Below are positions 38,560 through 45,688 of a stretch of 48,898 nt of DNA, one piece after another (the stretch's first letter is position 1; each line of letters starts with the position of its first letter). Location: NCBI GenBank assembly GCA_017960855.1, contig JAGCYJ010000009.1, positions 1-48,898 of the forward strand. The letters are read 5' to 3'. The DNA is from Alphaproteobacteria bacterium (GTDB lineage: Bacteria; Pseudomonadota; Alphaproteobacteria; Rs-D84). The translations under genes were made by a program, and so were the position numbers. The notes under the pieces were generated by a model. The model saw only the letters and a list, made by a program, of their open reading frames with translations, made no database searches and was not told the origin of the DNA.

Positions 38560-39654
38560 TTATTTTGTCTTATGCGATTTTAATAAACTAAAGATATCTT
38601 TTTTAAGTCCCAGTTCTAATGCCGGGGTAACTTCTTGGTATGTTGGGGTTCCTTTTAACAAAGGATCGTTATGTGTGAAACCAAGCGCACCGTAAATGCC
38701 GGTATCAAGATGGCGCACACCAATATGCCAACCAGCGATATTATCTTTCTGCCAGTATGCATTGACCATCAACAGTGCTTGGTCATTAATCATTTTGTGG
38801 GTGTATGATGCGTGTGCACCAAAGTTTTCACTGTTTATGCCGATAAATTCTAGTAATAAAGCAGAGTTAGCCCCAGAATTGTAAATCATTTGTAAATCGC
38901 CGACGGATTTTGTTGGGCCAACCATCCACAGTGTGCCAAACTTCACCTTGTTCAATAACAGTTCGCCAACAAATATGATGTCGCCATTTGGTGCGAACTG
39001 TAAGCGGTGCTCGTGTGATGCGTATCCCGCCCCCAGCGAAAAATGTTTGCCACGCACACCACCGATGGCGGCCATTGGCAAATAGTGGCCTGATTGCATG
39101 TAAATTGCATTTTGAAAGAAATAACTGACCGGCATGTTCGCTGAAAATTCGCCGGCATAATTTAATGCGGAAAAGTTGCCCAGTTTAGCAAATACTTCGC
39201 CACTACCAATTTTCATTTCTGTGTGTGTATAAATGTCGTGAATTGTCGGAGTTAATTTATCACTTGTATAATTTTGGAACATTTGCGTTGTTGTAAATCC
39301 GACGGACAGTTTATCATTTATTGTCATTTTTGGCTGTATAACAAACAGCGGTGCCCATACCAAACGAAAGTTTTCTGGTGTCGCATATGTGAATGCCATC
39401 GCTTCGGCATACAGTGATTGACGAACGTTTGATATTTTGACATTTGATTGCATAGGTGCGACCGCATCAAGTGCAACAGTGTCATTGTCGTCGCGTTTTG
39501 TTGTGTCTGCGACATTTTCTTTTACAACGCGTCTGGGTTCGGTTTGAATTTGTTTTGCTTGTGTCGACTTGCCGGTACCCAACAACAATAATGCAGATAT
39601 TGCCAATGCTTTCTTGTTAACTTTTGTCATTTTATTTCTCACTTTTTTGCCCAT
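38560..39654 (-). CDS. Hypothetical exported protein, possible outer-membrane beta-barrel
   Basis: Basic + hydrophobic N-terminus; many alternating amphipathic strands (FGAHASYTH, GWHIGVRH, GIYGALGFTH, LELGLKKD). Confidence 0.5.
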   Translation of the reverse strand: MGKKVRNKMTKVNKKALAISALLLLGTGKSTQAKQIQTEPRRVVKENVADTTKRDDNDTVALDAVAPMQSNVKISNVRQSLYAEAMAFTYATPENFRLVWAPLFVIQPKMTINDKLSVGFTTTQMFQNYTSDKLTPTIHDIYTHTEMKIGSGEVFAKLGNFSALNYAGEFSANMPVSYFFQNAIYMQSGHYLPMAAIGGVRGKHFSLGAGYASHEHRLQFAPNGDIIFVGELLLNKVKFGTLWMVGPTKSVGDLQMIYNSGANSALLLEFIGINSENFGAHASYTHKMINDQALLMVNAYWQKDNIAGWHIGVRHLDTGIYGALGFTHNDPLLKGTPTYQEVTPALELGLKKDIFSLLKSHKTK

Positions 39655-39708
39655 AAATTACCACAAAACCAAAAAATGTCAAGATGCGAAAAGGGGGAAG
39701 AAAATATT

Positions 39709-39783
39709 TGGCAGTCCCAATGGGAATCGAACCCATGTTACCGGAATGAGAATCCGATGTCCTGACCTCTAGACGATGGGACC
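39709..39783 (-). tRNA. tRNA-Glu (anticodon CTC)
   Basis: GGTCCCA/TGGGACT acceptor stem, TCGGA-TT CTC AT-TCCGG anticodon arm, GGTTCGATTCC T-arm, encoded CCA. Confidence 0.96.
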
Positions 39784-39892
39784 AGTGCGCCGTTCATTCT
39801 ACACGCTATATTTTGCTTTTTCAATAAAATAAAACCTTGCGATTCGGGTGGCAAATATGCTACAAAACAATCAGGACACAAAGGAGTCAAAT

Positions 39893-40450
39893 ATGAAAAA
39901 ACTATTAACAATATTGGTAATCGTTGTTGCTGTTTTTGCGGTTGTATACGCATTTTCGGGCAAGTCGGGTGCCAATAACAAAGTGTTGGTCGCGTATTTT
40001 AGCGCAACTGGCAACACCGCCACAGTGGCAGATAAATTGGCAACCGCAATCGGTGCTGATTTGTTCGCGATTGAACCAGCCCAAGTGTATACAGCAGAAG
40101 ACCTGGATTGGAAAAACGAAAAAAGTCGCGCATCGGTTGAAATGGCTGATCGTGGATCGCGTCCAGAAATCGCATCACAAGTTGAAAATATGGAAAAATA
40201 TGATGTTGTTTTCTTGGGCTTTCCAATTTGGTGGGGGCGTGAACCGTCAATCATTGATACTTTCGTAGATAGTTATGATTTCAACGGTAAAACAGTTATC
40301 CCATTCGCAACATCTGGCAGCACACCTGACACAGCCGAAGCCGAAGAAAACTTCCGTATGCTGATGCCTGCAGATATTAAAACAGGCAAACGTTTCCCTG
40401 TTGATGTATCCGAAGAAGAACTGAAAGCGTGGGCAAGCGAATGGCTGTAA
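39893..40450 (+). CDS. Flavodoxin-like protein with N-terminal membrane anchor/signal
   Basis: LVAYFSATGNT FMN-binding loop, LGFPIWWG, IPFATSG; AAGGAG RBS before ATG 39893; hydrophobic N-terminus. Confidence 0.9.
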   Translation: MKKLLTILVIVVAVFAVVYAFSGKSGANNKVLVAYFSATGNTATVADKLATAIGADLFAIEPAQVYTAEDLDWKNEKSRASVEMADRGSRPEIASQVENMEKYDVVFLGFPIWWGREPSIIDTFVDSYDFNGKTVIPFATSGSTPDTAEAEENFRMLMPADIKTGKRFPVDVSEEELKAWASEWL

Positions 40451-40469
40451 TACCCCGATAATAAAAGAT

Positions 40470-40495
40470 AAAACCGCCCAATCGGGCGGTTTTTT
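40470..40495 (+). terminator. Intrinsic terminator
   Basis: AAAACCGCCC-aatc-GGGCGGTTTT TT. Confidence 0.85.
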
Positions 40496-40548
40496 GAAAT
40501 TGTTTTGATTTGTGTTTCATGATACACTTTATATCAAGTGAACTATGC

Positions 40549-41493
40549 ATGAAAAAAACTGTGCTGACGTTTTTATTGATTGCGATTTGCTTTAATGCCG
40601 TGGCAGATGATTTTGGCGTTGATTCCGCGTTGCGTGCCACATATGAAAATTGTGTCGGAATTGATGAAGCACTGCATGATATGAAGGTTTTAGCCGGAAT
40701 AAACACCGCGGTATCTGGTGTTGGAACGGGGTTGGGAATTGGTGCCACCGCGGTCGGTATTGCCAAGAAAAATGTAGATGCTGAAATAGAAGAAAAATTC
40801 AAAACCATGGAAGCGTTGTGTTATAGCGCATCTGGTGAAACAGAGATTGCGTCAGAAGAAGAGTTTATTGAATCTTATGACAATACATTGCGTGCCAAGG
40901 TTCAGGTTAACAATGATGATATTAAAAAACTTGATACAGCCGAAGCCGAAGAAATTCGCAGATTAAACGAAAAAAGTAAAAAACTGGGCAACTGGCGAAC
41001 GGGTTTGTTGGCTGGTAATACAGCGACCAATGTAGCGGGCGCGGTTATATCTGGGACGAACAAGGTCAAGCAACCGTTGCAAGAACAAATTCAAAATTGT
41101 ATATCGGCGGTAAAAAGTTTAAGTGCTGCGATAATGCAGGCAAAGATTAGTGGCGAAGATGTATCAGAAGCAACGCAAATAGAATCTGCGTGTAAAGAAT
41201 TTGAATATGTAGATGTGTCAAAAATAAATGACAGGGCGACGGGCGGTATGGTGTCGTCTATTGTTGGCAGCGGAACCGGACTTGCCGGCACAATAGTCAG
41301 TGCGTTGGCCAATTCGGATAAGGTTCGCACAGAAGATAATAACAAAGAAAAAAATCTGAATACGGCAGCAAATGTTTTGGCTGCGGGCAGTACCGTTGCA
41401 AGTGCCACCGCCACTGTGTTCAATGCCAGTCAGATTAAAGCAATTAAAGATGTGGCAAGGGTCGCGGAACAGTGTACGGAGGTGTTAAAGTGA
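40549..41493 (+). CDS. Secreted helical protein with four Gly/Ala-rich hydrophobic segments
   Basis: Signal peptide MKKTVL...AVA; SGVGTGLGIGATAVG, GLLAGNTATNVAGAVISG, IVGSGTGLAGTIVSA, VLAAGSTVASATA. Confidence 0.65.
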   Translation: MKKTVLTFLLIAICFNAVADDFGVDSALRATYENCVGIDEALHDMKVLAGINTAVSGVGTGLGIGATAVGIAKKNVDAEIEEKFKTMEALCYSASGETEIASEEEFIESYDNTLRAKVQVNNDDIKKLDTAEAEEIRRLNEKSKKLGNWRTGLLAGNTATNVAGAVISGTNKVKQPLQEQIQNCISAVKSLSAAIMQAKISGEDVSEATQIESACKEFEYVDVSKINDRATGGMVSSIVGSGTGLAGTIVSALANSDKVRTEDNNKEKNLNTAANVLAAGSTVASATATVFNASQIKAIKDVARVAEQCTEVLK

Positions 41494-42389
41494 GAAAACT
41501 CTGTACATTTTTATCCGCAATATTTATCTGCTTGCCTGTTTTTGCAGATGGGCGGATAACGGTTCCAAAACCTGATGATCAAACAAGCATATCGGACAAA
41601 TTAACATATGTCGATCCAGAGGTCACAAAGTTCGTTATTAGAAAGTATATTTCACACCTGTCCACTGCGTATTTGCCGAAATATACGACCGATAAAAAAG
41701 ATTCTGAAATACTGTCTGAATTTTTGGATGACTATAACCAAATGCTGACCCAGAACGAAGGGTTGGTGTCCAGTACTCTCTTGGTGGAAGCATGCCAAAG
41801 GGCGTTTTCAAATTTAAAGAGAAAGGGTATTGACCCTGTTGTGGATTTTCCAAAGGAAGTGCTTATATACAATCAGTGTCTTGCTTTTGGCAGGGAATTG
41901 GTGACCACGCACACAGAACAACATTCTGACTGTAAATATGAAATAAGCAAGGTTAATGGTTCGCAAGCGCGTATAAGATATGTAAACAAGGAAGACGGCA
42001 GTGGTTTTGTTCGCAAAGATGGAACAATCGCATGGCGTTTCTTTAACCCGGGTGCGTTAAGGGACAGCCCGTATAAGTGTACCAGATTGAGTACAAGCCC
42101 GAACGGGACTTTTGCGGCATTTGATAGCGAGTTGCGTGGTCGTATGAGTTTGCGCCAACTTTTGCAGACATCACCACTGTATAAAAATAAAACGGTAAGT
42201 CAGGTAATACCAAAATACGCGCCATCCAAAGAAAACGATACCGCCCGATATGTACGAAATCTTAGTGCGCTGGGGGTCAATATTAACAAAGTTATATCGG
42301 AACTTACCGAAGTTGAATGGGATAATTTGCTGGATTCAATCGCGCAAATAGAGGGTTGGAACAATGCCGGTACTGTTGAATATTTTTAA
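41490..42389 (+). CDS. Secreted protein with C-terminal NPG/YAP-ENDT (phage P5-type, lysozyme-like) domain
   Basis: GTG start overlapping upstream TGA, GGAGG RBS; signal peptide (PVFA); WRFFNPGALR, FAAF, YAPSKENDTARY, I..IEG. Confidence 0.65.
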   Translation: MRKLCTFLSAIFICLPVFADGRITVPKPDDQTSISDKLTYVDPEVTKFVIRKYISHLSTAYLPKYTTDKKDSEILSEFLDDYNQMLTQNEGLVSSTLLVEACQRAFSNLKRKGIDPVVDFPKEVLIYNQCLAFGRELVTTHTEQHSDCKYEISKVNGSQARIRYVNKEDGSGFVRKDGTIAWRFFNPGALRDSPYKCTRLSTSPNGTFAAFDSELRGRMSLRQLLQTSPLYKNKTVSQVIPKYAPSKENDTARYVRNLSALGVNINKVISELTEVEWDNLLDSIAQIEGWNNAGTVEYF

Positions 42390-42422
42390 ACCTGAACATA
42401 GCCATTGAATAATAAAAAACAG

Positions 42423-42450
42423 TTGCAAAAGCCAGAAACAAGGTTATAAT
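42423..42450 (+). promoter_or_regulatory. sigma70 promoter of tRNA-Gln
   Basis: TTGCAA-16 nt-TATAAT, 12 nt upstream of the tRNA. Confidence 0.75.
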
Positions 42451-42462
42451 TCGCTATGCTTT

Positions 42463-42536
42463 TGGGGTGTCGTCTAATGGTAGGACAAGAGATTTTGGTT
42501 CTCTTTATCATGGTTCGAATCCGTGCGCCCCAACCA
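42463..42536 (+). tRNA. tRNA-Gln (anticodon TTG)
   Basis: TGGGGTG/CGCCCCA acceptor stem, AGAGA-TT TTG GT-TCTCT anticodon arm, GGTTCGAATCC T-arm, encoded CCA. Confidence 0.96.
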
Positions 42537-42543
42537 AAAATTC

Positions 42544-42572
42544 AACCACCCCTTGTGGGTGGTTTAATTTTT
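42544..42572. terminator. Hairpin/terminator between tRNA-Gln and the candidate ncRNA
   Basis: AACCACCC-cttgt-GGGTGGTT flanked by A-rich and T-rich tracts. Confidence 0.7.
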
Positions 42573-42576
42573 GCTT

Positions 42577-42704
42577 TTGGGGCCATGGTTCGTAATCTGC
42601 AACGAAGTTGCCGGTTCGAAACCAAGTAGATTTCACAAATGTAATGCAGTGAAATCGTTACGGGTTGCCCGCAGGCATAGCCGAGGGAATTAAGTGCGCC
42701 CCAA
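42577..42704. ncRNA. Candidate structured ncRNA with tRNA-Gln-derived termini
   Basis: GC-richer segment in an AT-rich spacer; closing stem TTGGGGC/GCCCCAA; internal hairpins GATTTCAC/GTGAAATC and GGTT-cga-AACC; three colinear blocks match the adjacent tRNA-Gln. Confidence 0.5.
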
Positions 42705-42780
42705 TATATATTTTTAATAGAGTTTTTGTTATTCATATAGTATGAAAATTATGATAAACTTAGATAGTTAGGAGGAGAAA

Positions 42781-43140
42781 ATGGAAGAGTTTGCAATGCT
42801 TTTGGTTTGTATATTTTTTGTTGTGACCATTATCCAATTAATTAATGCGGCAGAAGAAGATAGACAAGAGAGATTGAAACAGGAAAAAGAGAGATTGAAA
42901 CAGGAAGAGGAGCGAAAACGAATTGAGATGAGTCCTGAATATCAATTTAATAATTTCATGGAATCACATCCAAAACTAAAAGACAAAACAACCATCAATC
43001 GTCTTAAGACATTTATCAAACAACGGTATGCTATTCATAAAATTATTAAAGAACTATACAGATTGTATCTTTTAGATTGTGATGCTGTTGGTAAAACTCC
43101 ACTCAGTTATCGTAAATGGAAATTCGCATATGGATTATAA
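42781..43140 (+). CDS. Small membrane-anchored coiled-coil protein
   Basis: AGGAGGAG RBS, N-terminal TM, 21-bp-period repeat aagagagattgaaacaggaa x2 (ERLKQE); terminator ACCGGC-atttc-GCCGGT at 43145-43161. Confidence 0.7.
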   Translation: MEEFAMLLVCIFFVVTIIQLINAAEEDRQERLKQEKERLKQEEERKRIEMSPEYQFNNFMESHPKLKDKTTINRLKTFIKQRYAIHKIIKELYRLYLLDCDAVGKTPLSYRKWKFAYGL

Positions 43141-43207
43141 AACAACCGGCATTTCGCCGGTGTTTTCTTATTTTACCGATTTTTTATAAAAATATTAAAA
43201 ATACCCC

Positions 43208-43256
43208 TTGAAATAATTTTTATTAAAATATATAATGATTTGTCAATATAATCATT
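43208..43256 (+). promoter_or_regulatory. sigma70 promoter with overlapping palindromic operator
   Basis: TTGAAA (43208-43213)-17-TATAAT (43231-43236); AATGATT-N9-AATCATT (43234-43256). Confidence 0.7.
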
Positions 43257-43289
43257 GAACTGGCGGTCCTATAAACCAAGGGGGATAAT

Positions 43290-43733
43290 ATGGCACGCAA
43301 AGAATTTGTTCGTTTAATAGAAGAAAACATGACGATTATGGATCGTCTTATGGATCGTACCAAGGCGCAATCTATGCGTAATGCGGAATATACACGGTCT
43401 CAAATCAGTGTCTTGGTGCGCTTGCATTTAGGCGGTCGCGCGTTGTTGAAAGATATTGCATATCGCGAATACACAACAACCCCAAATTTGTGCGCGACTT
43501 TCAAGATTTTGGAATCACGCGGGTTGGTTCTGCGCGAAGTTGATGAAAAAGATCGTCGTAATACTTGGTACAGCGTGACACCGGCGGGTGCCGCGGTTGC
43601 GAAAAAGATGATTGTCGAATTTGAAAACACGATTGGTCAGGTTTTTGCCGGCCTTTCGCGCGAAGACGAAGAAGAATTGGTCGCTGCCATGGCAACAATT
43701 AACAAGGTTTTATCGGGTATGGAGGTTGCATAA
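43290..43733 (+). CDS. MarR-family transcriptional regulator
   Basis: T.SQ..VL..L, LE.RGLV.R..D..DRR.....T..G. Confidence 0.92.
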   Translation: MARKEFVRLIEENMTIMDRLMDRTKAQSMRNAEYTRSQISVLVRLHLGGRALLKDIAYREYTTTPNLCATFKILESRGLVLREVDEKDRRNTWYSVTPAGAAVAKKMIVEFENTIGQVFAGLSREDEEELVAAMATINKVLSGMEVA

Positions 43734-43734
43734 A

Positions 43735-45069
43735 ATGCGGAAGTTTGCGCATGTTTTGTTTGCTGTAATTACGGCGGTGGTATCAATGCCGGCGTTTGCA
43801 ATGGATTTGTCGTTGGATACGGCGGTTTCAAAAATCTTGGCTGAATCACAAGATATGAAAAAGGCAGATGCCAATATTAAAAAGGCCAAAGCGTCGCTGG
43901 ATGCGGCGAATTCTAACCGTTGGATGCAGATAGAAGGTACTGCATCATATATGAATATGGTTGATGTAGAGCACCCGTTCAGTGGTTCTATGAATGTCAC
44001 TTTGCCACCGCAATTGGGCGGTTTGGTTGCAGGTATGATGGGATCATCAACACCCATTACCGAAATTGAAATGCCAGATAATATCTTTATGGCGGGGGTG
44101 ACGATTACCCAACCAATTTATACTTTTGGTAAAATCGGTAATGCAGTTGAATCTGTGCGCAGTGCAATCAAAATGTCCGAAACCAGCAAGGAAATGGTGC
44201 GTCGCGAAGTGAAATATAGCGCGGTTGACCTGTATTGGACTGCAAAAATGACCGATGAAATTGTGAAATTGGCGGAAAAAGATTTAAAATCTGCGCGTGA
44301 TGCGCGTCGCAATTTAACTTCTGCGGGGCGTGCCAGCCGTGGTAATTTGGTAAAGATTGAATCTGATGTCGCGACCAAGGAAATCAACCTTTCGGATGCT
44401 AAATTCAATCGCGATACCGCGCACCGTATGTTAAAGATTTTGGCGGGAATAGACGTGGACGAAGAATTGAATCTGACCACTGAATTTCCAAATGATTTTT
44501 CTGATTTAAATGCGGGAAAATTGAAAAATACGCCAGAATGGGATTTGCTGAATCAACAAATTCGCATGTACGAAAAATCGGCACGTTCAAAACGTGCAGG
44601 CGGTCGGCCAACATTGGCGGCGATGGCTTCTTATGATTATGTAAGTATTGCGAATTCTGCGGATGCTTTGTTTGATAAAAAGGGCGAACAGTCGGCATAT
44701 TGGGGTTTGGCGTTGCAAATGCCAATCTTTTCCGGCGGGGTAAATCGTGCAAATGCTACGGTTGAAGCAATGAATGCCGAAGCGGCGCGTCAGGATTTAG
44801 ACAAGTCCAGAAAAGTCACAACAGAAAAATACAATACTGCAATCGCACAATATAATCATTTGCGTGGCAATTTGGCGACACTTAAAAATGCGCGTGATTT
44901 GGCAGCGCGTGCGTATGATTTTTCGCGCCAACGTTTTATCGCCGGTCAAACGTCTGCGATTGAATTAGCCGAGGCATCAAGTGGTCTGTACCAGTTAGAT
45001 ATGGCGTTGCTGAATTCCAAATACAAAATATTGATGGCAGCGGAATCTGTGAAAAAGTTGGGTGAGTAA
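43735..45069 (+). CDS. TolC-family outer membrane efflux protein
   Basis: Signal peptide (PAFA), QPIYTFGK, MPIFSGG, G..S..EL..A two-repeat OEP architecture. Confidence 0.9.
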   Translation: MRKFAHVLFAVITAVVSMPAFAMDLSLDTAVSKILAESQDMKKADANIKKAKASLDAANSNRWMQIEGTASYMNMVDVEHPFSGSMNVTLPPQLGGLVAGMMGSSTPITEIEMPDNIFMAGVTITQPIYTFGKIGNAVESVRSAIKMSETSKEMVRREVKYSAVDLYWTAKMTDEIVKLAEKDLKSARDARRNLTSAGRASRGNLVKIESDVATKEINLSDAKFNRDTAHRMLKILAGIDVDEELNLTTEFPNDFSDLNAGKLKNTPEWDLLNQQIRMYEKSARSKRAGGRPTLAAMASYDYVSIANSADALFDKKGEQSAYWGLALQMPIFSGGVNRANATVEAMNAEAARQDLDKSRKVTTEKYNTAIAQYNHLRGNLATLKNARDLAARAYDFSRQRFIAGQTSAIELAEASSGLYQLDMALLNSKYKILMAAESVKKLGE

Positions 45070-45070
45070 T

Positions 45071-45679
45071 ATGAGAAAGTTAATCGAAAAAATCAAAAAT
45101 ATGGATTCGCACCGTCGCAATCATATCTTGATGCGAATTGGACTGGGGGCGTTGGCGTTGCTGGTCATTTATCGCTTTGTTGCGTTCGGATGGGAACAAC
45201 ATAAATCGGTATTTAATTTAACGCGTGATGCAAATGCAAACGGTGTGCCGGTAAGTGTTGTTGAAATGGAGAAGTCAGACGGTGTAATTTACGAACCGTT
45301 ATTCATAAACAATAATCGTGGCTATGTGTCGGGTATGCGTGTTGCGCGCTTCCGCGCGGGACAAAAAATCACCGGTGGTGGCGAAGTCGTTTCTGTATCA
45401 AATTCACTGGATTTAGATACCGGTATGCATGTCGTTCATACGCGTGGTGTGGCAAATGGTGCGCATACTGTGGAAATCCATGAAAACGGATTCTATGTTC
45501 CGACATATGCGGTACAAAACGGAACAGTGTTCGTCGTGCGTGATGGCGCGGCACATGCAACACCGGTAAATGTTGTTCGTGGTGATGCCGAAAACACAAT
45601 GATAACAGGTGTCGCAGATGGTGATGTCGTTATCACTTCGCATATTACAGATGGGGCAAATGTAAGGGTTATAAAGTAG
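45071..45679 (+). CDS. Truncated periplasmic adaptor (membrane fusion protein-like), ~200 aa
   Basis: N-terminal TM, PV.V, G.V..VS..LD..TG, VP..AV, VFVV, G...GD.VI; position between tolC-like and RND genes. Confidence 0.75.
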   Translation: MRKLIEKIKNMDSHRRNHILMRIGLGALALLVIYRFVAFGWEQHKSVFNLTRDANANGVPVSVVEMEKSDGVIYEPLFINNNRGYVSGMRVARFRAGQKITGGGEVVSVSNSLDLDTGMHVVHTRGVANGAHTVEIHENGFYVPTYAVQNGTVFVVRDGAAHATPVNVVRGDAENTMITGVADGDVVITSHITDGANVRVIK

Positions 45680-45688
45680 GATATCAAA

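Noticed and set aside
39709-42536. Genomic island bounded by tRNA-Glu and tRNA-Gln
   Set aside because: Both tRNAs point away from the enclosed segment, so it lies at their 5' sides; no integrase or att duplication is inside it
42577-42704. tmRNA, SRP RNA, 5S rRNA, twister or HDV ribozyme, or preQ1 riboswitch identity for the ncRNA candidate
   Set aside because: Only superficial matches (GGGGCC start, UAAUGCAG...GUUAC, UGGUUCG). No ANDN-type tag frame, no SRP GNRA/AGCAG domain, no CCGAAC, and the required ribozyme pairings cannot be formed by eye
20030-43735. Extended N-termini in the ORF track (mrcA 20030, valS 28999, gyrA 35294, flavodoxin 39848, TolC 43612)
   Set aside because: The extensions run through promoters, terminators or upstream genes; downstream ATGs fit RBS, promoter and signal-peptide evidence better
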